DNA of 64,000 nt. It comes from Felis catus (lineage: Eukaryota). Under the pieces are notes generated by a model, which saw nothing but the letters and a program-made list of their open reading frames with translations, was not told where the DNA came from and did no database searches. Every line of letters begins with the position of its first letter. Position 1 is the stretch's first letter. The position numbers and the translations under genes are program-made. The DNA is taken from positions 14,570,001 to 14,634,000 of the forward strand of contig NC_058382.1 of NCBI RefSeq assembly GCF_018350175.1, given 5' to 3'. Of this stretch, positions 10,903 to 22,363 are shown piece by piece.

Positions 10903-12789
10903 CAGTTAGTTTTAGAGTTTAAATTTTTTTTCTTTATGTTTATTTTTGAGAGAGAGACAGAGCGTGAGCAGGGGAGGGGCAGAGAGAGGGAGACACAGAA
11001 TCCAAAGCAGGCTCCAGGCTCTGAGCTGTCAAGAGCCCAACTCGGGACTTGAACTCACGAACTGGGAGATCATGACCTGAGCCAAAGTCGGACGCTTAAC
11101 CGACTGAGCCACCAGGCGGCCCTGTTACTTTTAAATTTTAATGTTATTATAACATCATTTAAATAATTTGGAAGTTTTTCCTTTCCTAAGTTCTGGAACA
11201 CCTTAAAATCCACTGGAATTGTCCTGGTGAGGTTTGATAGCATTTCCTTTGGGACTGTCCAGGCTGGTGATTGGGGACAGTGAGGGTGAGAGTCCTGATG
11301 TCCCTTTCCCTACTTTCCCCGATGGTAAGAGCTGTAGATTTTGAGGTACTTAGAATTACAAAAGTGTCCACACTGAGTCAGAATGTAGCATTTTTCCTGA
11401 CTTTATTTTAATGTAAGTTTTTTTTCTTTTTTTTAATGTTCATTTATTTATTTTGAGAGAGGGCACGTACCAGGGGAGGGGCAGAGAGAATCCCAAGCAG
11501 GCTCCACGCCATCAGCACAGAGCCCAACAAGGGGCTCGATCCCACGAATGGTGAGATCATGACCTGAGCCGAAACCAAGAGTCGGATGCTTAACCGACTA
11601 AGCCACCAGGGGCCCCTTTCCTGACCTTCTTGATTAAATGCCTTTCTTTACACTCAGTGGTAACAGAGGGGAGTTGCTGAACTTGGAGAGTGTTATGCGA
11701 TAAATAGAAGCACGTGACCTGTAAAACTGCAGAATAGTCTTCGAGAAGCATGTGGTGGGATCGCAAGGTCGGAACCGTCTCTCTGGGTTCAGGAAGTCAG
11801 CCTGGAGTTTCTGCTTATCAGGTTACCCACAGAGGCTGCTTATTCTCCCGAGTTCTTCCAGGATCTGGCCTGAGACAGAAATTGCAGGTTTCTGCCCCGC
11901 AGGGAAGCTGAACTGGGGTTTAGAGAAAAACGAGGTTTGTTGCCCAAACAGGAAGCATTGTGATAACTCAGGTTTCCACAGTTCTAAGCTGCTTCGTCAA
12001 ACGTTGTGTCCCTTAGTTTGCCCAGAAAAGGACACTGAGGCTTAGAAGGTCAAATTGTTTTTCCAGATCCATCTGACTCCAAATCGCACCAAGGGGCAGT
12101 GACCTAACCGGGCGTTAGCCTCTCAGGAGGGCAGGGAGTGGGACCGGGGGCAGGAGGGTGAACATGAAGAGCATCACTCGTGGTGCCAGGTGTCTTGGGA
12201 TCGAATTCCGATTTTGACATCCATCTGTGAGGCCCCAGGCTTATTACTCAATGCCCGGTTTCCCATAAGTTTATGCCACCCTGCTGCTTCTACATCTTTC
12301 TGACTGTAATCTTGTAATAGAGGTGAAATATATAAGCTTTTGGAATTTCTGAGGAGGGGAACACAAGAATCTAGAGTCCTACACCAACGCACATCCTTAG
12401 AATACATAAATATTGTCATGGAAACCAAATTAAGATTTTTTTAATGAAAATCAATACATGGGGTGCCTGGCTGGGTCAGTCGGAACAGCATGGGACTCTT
12501 GATCTCAGGGTCATGAGTTCAAGCCCCATGTTGGGTGTAGAGATCACTAAAAAGAAATTAACCTAAAGAGGCGCCTGGGTGGCTCAGTCGGTTGAGCAAC
12601 TGACTTCGGCTCAGGTCATGATCTCGCGGTCCGTGAGTTCAAGCCCCGCGTCGGGCTCTGTGCTGACAGCTCAGAGCCTGGAACCTGCTTCGGATTCTGT
12701 GTCCCCCTCTCTCTCTGCCCCTCCCCAGCACTCTCTCTCTTTCTCAAAGGTAAATAAACATTAAAAATTTTTGAATTAAAAAAAAAAAA

Positions 12790-13350
12790 AAGCTTAGAAC
12801 TTTCAGCCCCACCCCCAACCTCTGGGGAAGAGGGACGGGCTGGAGGGTGTTAATCACCCATGGCCGGCGATTTGATCAGTCATGTCTACATAATGAAACC
12901 TCCATAAAACCCCTAAACAACAGTTTGGGGAGAGTCCAAGTTGGTGAGCACATTGAGTTACTGGGAGCGGTGCACCCAGCGAAACCGGGGACGTGGCGCC
13001 CCCCTTCCCGCAGGCTGGGCCCTATGTCTCTCTCCCATGTGGCTGTTCTTGTGTCTTTAATAATAAACCAGTAATGGTAAAGTGCTTTCCTGAGTTCTGA
13101 GAGTCATTCTAATGAATTCGCAAACTCGAAGAGGGGCTGCGAGAACCCCTGAATTGATAGCTCCTTGGTCAGAAGTGCGGCGACAACCGGGGATTTTGAG
13201 TGGCATCTGAGGTGGAGGCAGGTCTCGCGGGGCTGAGCCCTTAACTTGTGGGAGCTGACGCTAACTCCAGGGCAGAGTGTCAACAGTGAATTGTAGGACA
13301 GCCACCCAGTGTCCAGGGAGTTGGTTACTGGTGTAGATAAAACCCACACA
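12790..13350 (+). mobile_element. MER21-like ERV LTR remnant (5' part probably at ~12160-12430, split by SINEs)
   Basis: Contains CCTCCATAAAACCC, AATAAAC...AAAGTGCTTTCCTGAGTTCTG, GGTCAGAAGT and GGCATCTGAGGTGG, typical of MER21 LTRs (recognised from memory). Confidence 0.6.
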
Positions 13351-14939
13351 TTTGTTGTCAGGCTCATTCAGGATTAACTTCAGTTTGATTCATTCAAAGC
13401 CCGTGTAAAATCCTTTTTTGTCATTTAATGTGACGTAGCCTTGGGAGTGCTACCCCATCATATTCACATGTCCCACCCACACTCAAGGGAAGGGGGATCA
13501 TATGAAGGTGTGGGTCATTGGGGGTCACCTTAGAATTCTACCTACCATAAAAAGTAAATAATTTTAAGTAGTTACTACCTTATTATGATTTATCATATTA
13601 TGACATAGTTAAAAAAAAAAAAACATAGTTAAAGCCTCTGGCTCACTCACTGCTCTCACCTACTCACTCATCACATCCTCCCAATCCTGGGGTATTTGTT
13701 ATGATTTGGGTTTGACGGCACATGACGGAGACCCAAGATAACAGCATCTTAAACAGGGAAGCTTGCTTTTCCCTCCTGTCCATTTCTGGCAGTTCTGCCG
13801 AAGGACCCCAGGCCCCTTCCCTATTGTTGCCCCATCCTCCCTACTCAACCCCCATGGAATCATTCTGTCTCGTACCAAGATGGCGCACCATCAAATCCCA
13901 CTTCCAGACACCAGGATGGACGGCACAACCCCCCAAACTGCAGGCGTCACTTTTGCTCACGTCCTATCGGCCATACCTAGCGGCCAAGGAGGCTGGGAAA
14001 TGTAGTCTTCGGCTGGGGACTGTCAGGAAGTAGTGCCTCTGCCCCAGCGGCCAAGCCTGTGTCTTCATTTTGCAGATGGAGACACCAAGCTCAGAGTGCC
14101 GACGTCACCAGAAGGCGATGGATAAATCAAGGGCGGAAAGAGGCGAGGAGAACCTCCTTGTATCACAGCCCAAGACCAGGGCTTTTACCAGCTCCGAAGA
14201 GCCGATATCTCATCACTGATGCGGTAAGAGGCATTTAATGAAGGTGGGGAAATGCATACATTTGACGGACAAGTGCTGGGGGATCTAGCGTCCGGGTGTG
14301 AGATTGTGGACGGCGTGAGAAAATACCGAAGCACCAATCCTGAACCCTGCCTTCCCCCCGTGCTCCTGCCCGGGCCACCCAGTGTGGTGGGGAAACTCGG
14401 GCTCTGCAGACAGACGCGCCTGGATTCTCTGGTTCAAAGTAGAAATAGCCTCGGCGACGTAATAAGATATTGGGTCCTTGCACGGCTTCCATTCCGGCGA
14501 GCAGATGTGCCCTAAGAGGTTTAACGTTCACGCAGCTCCTGGGCTATGAAAGCCCTCTCCCGAGACTCTCACAGATTTAACTTGTTTACTCTTTTCAGCA
14601 GCCCCGAGTGAAGTGCTATTACGTTCCCCACGTTACAGAGGGAGCAACTGAGGCACAGAGCTGGGAAGTGGCAAAACCGGGAGTGGAATCCCGGCAGGGA
14701 TTTGGCTCCAGGCTCTGTGCTCTCAGTCGGTAGGTTCTAGGGTCTGCCCCGTTATCTGCACCTGCTCCTCGTCGTCAGGAACAGAAAGAGTCCAGGCTCT
14801 TGGCAAACGTGCAGAGCTTGGCTTTGGAAGCCCGGGCAGCGTGTCTGATCTCGCTCTCCAACGATCACGTAGCACCCACTGTGCCACCTGCACGATACCC
14901 ATCACCTCTTCTTCCGCTGAGCCCAACACGAGCCGTCGT

Positions 14940-15200
14940 CCTCCCCACCTCGACCCCCGACATCCCCTCCCAGGAGGAAGACAGATCCACCAGGCTGCAG
15001 GGGAGTTTGAAGTGTTTGTGAACGGACATCTGGTCCGTTTGAAGAAGGTGCTGGGACCCTGGGGGTGGGGTGGGGAGACCGACAGACAGACTGTGCCGAA
15101 AGGTGATGGCTTTGTGGGTGAGGCCAGGCTGCAGAAAACTGTGAGCATCATCGGCGAGGAGAGCAGGTAACAGGCAGTGGGCCGGCGAGCTGGAGGCGAG
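14940..15200 (+). pseudogene. Inverted partial duplicate of SELENOV (end of intron 3, exon 4, shortened intron 4, exon 5)
   Basis: Exon-4 copy at 14974-15047 is 74 nt (vs 75), has a 1-bp deletion and encodes EEDRS/QAAGEFEVFVNGHLVRLKK. A 51-nt intron remnant has lost its AG acceptor. Exon-5 copy at 15099-15170 encodes KGDGFVGEARLQKTVSIIGEESR*. Confidence 0.9.
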
Positions 15201-16341
15201 GTGAAGGGGGGGGGGGCAGGGGACAGGGGCAGGGTGCAGGCGTGGCATCACAGCAGAAGACAGGGTAGAGGCTGCCAGGAAAATCTTGCCTCCCTAGCAA
15301 AAAGAGAGTGACCCAGCAGGCAGGTCCTTCCTCACGAACCCTCTTCCGCCTGCAATAAGGTCTCCAGGGGTGGAGGTGCAACAATGAAACGACGTGTGTT
15401 AACCATGGCAGGAAAGCAATACGGGAAAACTCTGGGTCGCTGACGGCATCGTCGGACCGCCAGCCGACTCCAGCCCCGTCCCACCAGCACACGAGAAAAA
15501 CGGTGTATTTGTTGGATGGTGGAAGCCACCGGTGGCCCGGTTCGCCGTCACTTGCAGAGAGGAGCACCCCTGACAGAAACCCACTTTTTCTGTGCCCGGC
15601 CCTGGGGACTCCACATTTAAGTAGTGTTACCACGCCCATTTGACAGAGGAGGAAATTGAGGCTCCGAGAGGGGGTGTCCCTTACTGGAGGTCACGGCCAC
15701 TACATGGCAGAGGTCCCACACCTTGCGGTGACCTCCCGGCTCGTGCCCAGGGACCCCACGGCACCAGGTGCAGTGTAGGCGGCCCATCAAGGTCCGATGA
15801 ATCCCCAAATGGCCCTCCCCCAGGTCACTGACACCCGCCTCCCGACACTGCGAGTCTAAATTTTGTTTTTAATGTTTCTTTTTGAGAGAGGGAGAGAGAC
15901 AGCGAGCGAGCAGGGGAGGGGCAGAGAGAGAGGGAGACACAATCCGAAGCAGGCTCCAGGCGCCGAGCTGTCAGCACGGAACCCGTCGTGAGGCTGGAAC
16001 CCACAAACTGTGAGATCACGACCTGAGCTGAGGTCGGACGCTCAACCGACTGAGCCACCCAGGCGCCCCGCCAACACTGGGATTCTAGGACCTGTGGGTT
16101 TAGAAAGTGGGCTCCAGGGTGTAATGAAATTTGGGTTGTCAAGTGTTGGAGACTTGCCACAGTCCATATTTCCATCCCACCCCCTAAAACTGCCAATAAA
16201 ATGAGAAACTGTCAAAACGTATCCTGGGGCACCCGGGTGGCTCAGTTGGTTGAGCAACCAACTCTTGATTTCACCTCAGGTCATGATCTCACTGTTATGA
16301 GATCAAGCCCTGCATTGGGTTCCATGCTGAGCCTGCTTGGG

Positions 16342-16386
<45 letters not shown>

Positions 16387-17150
16387 CTCTCTGCCCCCCT
16401 CCCTCACACTCTCTCTAAAAATTAAAATTTTAAATTGAAAAAAAAAAAGTATCCCAAACCAGGGCATAGGAAATGAAGATGCCACAAAAGAAAGAAAGAA
16501 AGAAAGTGGGGCACCTGAGTGGCTCAGTCTGTCAAGCGTCCAACTTCAGCTCAGGTCATGACCTCGCAGTTTGTGGGTTCGAGCCCTGCCTGGGGCTCTG
16601 TGCTGACAGCTCAGAGTCTGCAGCCTGCTTCGGATTCTGTGTCTCCTTCTCTCTCTGCCCCTCCCCCACTCCTGCTCTGTCTCTCTCAGTCTCTCAAAAA
16701 TAAATAAACATTAAAAAGAAAGTGACTCAACAGCACCAGGAGTTGAGGCTAGCCAACCAGGAGCAAACCTGGGGAGCAACAGGAAAACAGGGCTAGGCTT
16801 CTCTTCAGGAGTGTTCTTCTTCTTTTTTTAATGTTTATTTTTGAGAGAGGGAGCGAGACAGTGGGTGAGCAGGGGAGGGACAGAGAGAGAGGGAGACACA
16901 GGATCCGAAGCAGGCTCCAGGCTCCGAGCCGTCAGCACAGAGCCCCATGCGGGGCTCGAACCCACGGACCGTGAGATCGGGACCTGAGCCGAAGCCGGAC
17001 ACTTGAACTGACTGAGCCACCCTGATGCCCAGGATTAGGCTTCTCTCCAAACCTGCCCTTCCTTCCCCTCCCCACCGCCTCCCTTCTCACCTCAGGAGAC
17101 AGTGTGGCAACATTAGACGAGGTCAGGCCAGAACAGAGAGGCAGATTGTA

Positions 17151-17257
17151 TTTATTTCCGTTTTCACCCCTCCCCGACTCACCCCAGCCCCAGCTCCCAT
17201 CAGAAAAGGACCTGACTTGGCAACATTTCAGCCCTTCCCGGCATCCTGCTGAGGCTC
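17151..17257 (-). promoter_or_regulatory. SELENOV: SELENOV terminal 3'-UTR exon with SECIS-like hairpin (non-canonical core) and poly(A) signal
   Basis: Acceptor ...tttcag at 17258-17259. Then ATGC-C-GGGAAGGGC-TG-AAA-TGTTGCCAAGTCAG-GTCCTTTTC-TGAT, where GGGAAGGGC pairs with GTCCTTTTC. AATAAA at 17151-17156. Confidence 0.85.
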
Positions 17258-17329
17258 CTGAAACGGAGAGGAGAGAGAAAATACTTTAAAACATCAAGAG
17301 CGATGACAGCAACACTATAAAAATAATAG

Positions 17330-17820
17330 CATTTATACAGTGTTTGCTCTGTGTCAGGCACCATCCCAACGCTCCCCACTCTAGTCTCCTTGCCATTTCT
17401 CAAACACGCCAGACACATTCCTACCCCAGGGCCTGTGCACTTGCTGCTCCCTCTGCCGGCTATATTTTCCATAGATAACCCCAGATATCCGCACGACTCA
17501 ACCCCTTCCTTCTTTCAACTGTTTACTTACCATCTTCCCAATAAGGTCTTCCCCGACCACTCAAGTTAGGATTGCAAAAAACTCCCAGCAGTACCCACCC
17601 CCGCTCCTTTCCTGCTTTATTTTCTTCTCAGCACTTATCTCCACCTTCTATTTGCCTATGTGTCTTGTTCTTGTCTGTCCCCACCACTAGAATGTCAGCT
17701 TCACTAGGGCAGGAGTTCGCATCTGTTTTGTTCATGGCCGTATCATCCCCAGGACCTAGCACAGTATCCAACACAGAGTAAGCACTCAGCAAATATTTGT
17801 TGGATAAAGTGAAATCCAAG
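17330..17820 (+). mobile_element. L2 3'-end fragment
   Basis: Ends in the L2-type GTAAGCACTCAGCAAATATTTGTTGGATAA. Similar L2 remnants lie at ~22130-22720, ~32760-33240 and ~54170-54600. Confidence 0.6.
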
Positions 17821-20075
17821 GAGGTAACGGCTACCATGGTTTCTGCTTGCCAGAGGAGAAGACCAAGGCAGAGAGAGGTGAAGGCATCTGCCTGAAGTCA
17901 CACAGCCAGTAAAATAGGGATTTGAAGCCAGACAATACTGGCGTAACCATTGTCTATCCTTCCGTTTTTTAATACAGTTGATTGTCGTTCTTGTCCACCC
18001 AAAGCTCTCTCCCCATCATCCCTCCCCATGGGCTTAGGGAGACCAACTCCATTCCCAGTTGGAATAGCCACATGACTCAAGACTGGCCAATGAGAGCTCC
18101 GTGTTCCCTTGGGCCTCGGTGATTGGTTCAGGGATGAACATGTGACCTAATCCAGGCCAATAGGGATTTACGCCACCAAGATAGGGAGCCTCTCTGAAAA
18201 TAAAGTTAGCCCAGGGAAAAAGCAGAACACAGAGTAAGGGAGGGTCAGATTCTCAATGCCAACATTTTGCTGCCTGGATCAAGCCATTCCTGAAGCTAAT
18301 TAGCCCCTAGACTTTTATTCTCATGAGCCAACTTTTTTGTTGTTGTTAAGCCAATTTGAACTGGGTTCTCTGCTGCAATAAGAACATTCATGACTTATTC
18401 CAATAACAACTGCTGTTCACTTACTGAAGAAGGGTTTTGACAAGCTCTTAATTCACATCTAACATCACCAGCTTCAGCCTTGTGTGGCTGGCTGGTGGAT
18501 CCAGGATTTGAACCGAAGTTCCTGTGACCCTGGAAGCTGCATGCATAACTACTCTGGTATTCTGCGTATTGGCAGCTGTGAGAAACAGACGTCTCCTCTG
18601 CCTCCCCTGCCCCCATCCCCAGCATGGCTGCTTGAAAACAGACCTACTAAGTGCCTGGCACATAGTAGGCATTCCAAAATACTGTCTGTAAATTTTTAAA
18701 AAACAACTAATATAATGTGGACATTGTCTGGATCCTAATTCCCAACCCACCACCTCTAAAAAGATATTTTTGAGACACTTGAGTAGATCTTAGATGCCAT
18801 TAAGACATTTTAAAATTTTTGTCGAGGGTGGGGGCGCCTGATGGCTCAGGTGATGCAGCATGCAACTCTTGATCTCAGGATTGTGAATTCAAGCCCCACA
18901 TTGGGTGTGAGCCTACTTAAAAAAAATCAATAAAATAAAATTTTTGTTGGGGGTGAAAATGGTCTTGTACTTCTTTTAAAAACTTAATTTGTTGGGGCAC
19001 CTGGGTGGCTCAGTCAGTTAGTTAAGCATCCAACTCTTGATTTCAGCTCAGGTCATGATCCCACCATTTGTGAGTTCAAGCCCCATGTCAGGCTCTAGGC
19101 TGACAGTGTGGAGCCTGCTTGGGATTCTCTCTCTCCCCCTCTCTCTCTGCCCCTCCCATGCTGTCTCTCTCAAAATAAACTTTAAAAATAAAATAAGAGA
19201 TGCCTGTGTGGCTCAGGTCATGATCCCACAGTTTGTGAGTTTGAGTCCTGCATCGGGCTCTGTGCTGACACTCGGAGCCTAGAGCCTGTTTCAGATTCTG
19301 TGTCTCCCTCTCTCTGCCCCTCCCCCGCTTGCACGTTCTCCCTCTTTCTCTCAAAACTAAACATTAAAAAAATTTTTTTAATAAAATAAAAACTTATTTA
19401 TTAGAGATGCATACTGAAGTATTTACAGGTGCAATGACGTGAGGTCTGGAATGTACCTTCAAACGCTAACATGCCAAAAAAAAAAAAAAGTGGAGAGGAA
19501 AATAGATGGAGAAAGTCGGTAATAATAGTTGACCTGGTTGACGAGCACACGGGGCTCCCTGTACGGGGCTCGCAACTAGGGTACGTGTCTAAAATTTTCC
19601 ACCAAAAAGGCGGGAAAAAAATCATAGCTTCCATTTATGTAAACGTCTAGAAAGTGCAAACTAATCTAGGAGGACAGAAAGCAGATCAGGGGTGGCCGGG
19701 GACAGGGCAGAGGGCAGGAGAAATTGCTGAAGGTGCCCTCTCAGTGGTCTTAAAAATCCAACATCTGGGGCACCTGGCGGGCTCAATCAGAAGAGCACGT
19801 GACTCTTGAGCTCGGGGTTGTAAGTTCGAGCCCCACGCTGGGTGTGGGGATGACAGAAATACATTAACGAAATGAAAATGCAAACTAAGGGGCGCCTGGG
19901 TGGCTCAGTCTGTTAAACGGCCGATTCTTGGTTTCGGCTCAGGTTGTGATCTCAAGGTTCTCATGGGATCGGTCCCCGAGTCACGCTCTGTGCCCCAAGC
20001 ACAGTTCTCCCTGATCTTAACAAGGAGGACTCACTGAGCTAGGTAGGACTGGGAGTAGGATGTTTCTGACTCCAA

Positions 20076-20203
20076 NNNNNNNNNNNNNNNNNNNNNNNNN
20101 NNNNNNNNNNNNNNNNNNNNNNNNNNNNNNNNNNNNNNNNNNNNNNNNNNNNNNNNNNNNNNNNNNNNNNNNNNNNNNNNNNNNNNNNNNNNNNNNNNNN
20201 NNN
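20076..20203. other. Assembly gap (128 N) in SELENOV intron 5
   Basis: Run of N. Confidence 1.
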
Positions 20204-20720
20204 AAAATTGAAAATCCAGGGGCTCCTGGGCAGCTCAGTTAGTTGAGTGGTTGACTCTTGACTTCAGCTCAGGTCATGATCCCGTGGGACCGAGCACCCA
20301 GGCGGGCTCTGTGCTGAGCACGGAGTCTGCTTGAGATTCATTCTCTCTCTCCCTCTGCCCCTCTTGCCCACTCACCCTCTCTCTTCTCTCTAAAAAAATA
20401 AATAAATAAATAAAAAGAAATAAAAAATAAGAATCCAGTATCGGTGGCCAATAAATGGTTGTGCATATGCTTTAATACCTTAAGACAACGTTAGCAATGG
20501 AACTTTCTGCAGTAATGGGTTCTATGTCCTACATCTGCACTGCTCAACATGTGGCTATAGAGCTCTTGAAATGTGGCTAGTGTAGCTAACAAGTGAGTTT
20601 TTATTGTATTTAATTTTAATGAACTTACCGTAAGTTGAAAAGCCGTAGGCTGTTATTGGGTGGCACAGCTTTACAACTGAAAGTGAAAGGGAGGGAGGGA
20701 GGGAGGGAGGAAGAAATGCA

Positions 20721-22058
20721 AAGCTCTTTTGAAAAAAATGTCATTGACATACACTGAGCCCTTCTTTGAGCCATGTACATTTACTACCTTAGATGAGGCA
20801 TCTCCTGGAATCATCTCAACAACCCCATTTTCCAGATGAGAAAACTGAGGTTCAGAAAAGGGTGTGGGTGACCTGCCCCGATCTTAACAGGGAGGACTGG
20901 CTGAGCTACGTTGTGAGTAGGTTGTTTCTGACTCCAAGACAGCGCCCGCCCTGTGTGCTGCGCACCCTCAGCCCCGCCTCCGCCCCGCCCACCTCGCCTC
21001 CCTCACCTCCTAACCCTCACCTTCGGCCGGTTGCCTGCTACCTTTTCCTAATTTCCTCATCGATAGTGCTCACAATCTTCTGCAGCCTGGCCTCATCCAC
21101 AAAGCCATCGCCTTTCTGGGCACAGAGGGGAAAGAGCAGGGACATGTATGTCTCCCACCCCCCTCCACCGCCGCCCCCCCAACCCAGCACCGCCCTCCCT
21201 CCCGGCCCCGGGACACACAATCATAATCACCTTCTTTGAATGGACCAGTTTTCCATCCACAAACACTTCAAACTCCCCTGTAGCCTGGGCAGATCTTTCC
21301 TCCTCCTGGGGAGGGAATGTTGGGGGTGGAGGGGAAGGTGAGAGCTCCTCTCCAAGCCCCTGGGGTCTGGGGACCCTAACTACCCTCCCCCTCACTCCCC
21401 CAGGCCACCGGCACACTCACAAAGCGTAGACAATTTGGAAATTGCAGCTCCAGACTCTTTCTCAGTAGAATGTACTGCAGGGAGGAGATGGGATCATGGG
21501 TTCACAGGATCAGAGGGTCATGGGGTCAGGGGAGGGGAAACAGGACCTCCTTCCAGACTTCCTGTCCAGCACTCCCCCCACCTCCAAAGTCAAAACTACT
21601 CACCCGAAGGCTGTAGCTTCAGAGGCCGCTGGACGCCGAGGGAAAGAGAAGGGAGACAGAGAGATGGAGAGAAGATACTCAATCAGTATCTCCCCAGGCC
21701 CAGAGGGAGCCTGTGAACACCGGACTCCGATCCCATCCCATACTGCTAGCTCACCCAAGGCAAAAAAAAACCACAACAGTCCTCTGTATGGTCCACAAGC
21801 CCCCACGGTATCTGCCCCATTGCCTCCATTCACTCCCTGGCCCGCTGCTCCAGCAAAGGAGGGAGGGAGGAAGCTCTTTTGAAAAAAATTTCATTGACAT
21901 ACACTGAGCCCTTCTTTAAGCCATGTACATTTATTACCTTAGATGAGGCATCTTCTGGAATCATCTCAACAACCCCATTTTCCAGATGAGAAAACTGAGG
22001 TTGAGAAAAGGGTGTGGATGACCTGTCCCAATCTTAACAGGGAGGACTGGCTGAGCTA
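20721..22058 (+). repeat. 188-bp direct repeat pair (20721-20908 and 21871-22058), plus a partial third copy at ~20012-20075
   Basis: Manual alignment gives 8 mismatches in 188 bp, no indels and an exact offset of 1150 bp. Confidence 0.92.
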
Positions 22059-22331
22059 GGACTGGGACTACCCTCAGCCCCGCCTCCACCCCTCCTACCT
22101 CGGAACTCCTCCTCCAACACTGCATGCCTCACCACAGGGCCTTTGCACTGGCTGTTCCCTCTGCAGAATGCTCTTATCTACATGGTTCCCTCTCTCCCCT
22201 CCTTCAGGTCTTTACTCATATATCACCTTCTCAAGGAGGCCTTTCTGACTACCCCATAAAATTGTGAACCCCCCCCATTCCTTCTGCCGTTGGCACTGAT
22301 CGCCTTTTTTTTCTTTAGTTTACTTATTTAT

Positions 22332-22363
<32 letters not shown>

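Noticed and set aside
12040-12056. TTAGAAGGTCAAA shared with the EID2 3' flank (~6005), a possible EID2B 3'-UTR remnant
   Set aside because: A 13-bp match with no visible flanking similarity, compatible with chance.
14160-14230. Second SECIS candidate (ATGA...AAA...TGAT on the minus strand)
   Set aside because: The ATGA-to-AAA spacing is about 19 nt rather than 11-12, the flanks form separate small hairpins instead of one stem, and it lies beyond the SELENOV poly(A) signal.
14780-14830. Possible exon-3 remnant (AGAAAGAGTCCAGGCT) upstream of the SELENOV duplicate
   Set aside because: Only about 11-15 nt of similarity, and the spacing differs from the gene. Not supportable without an alignment.
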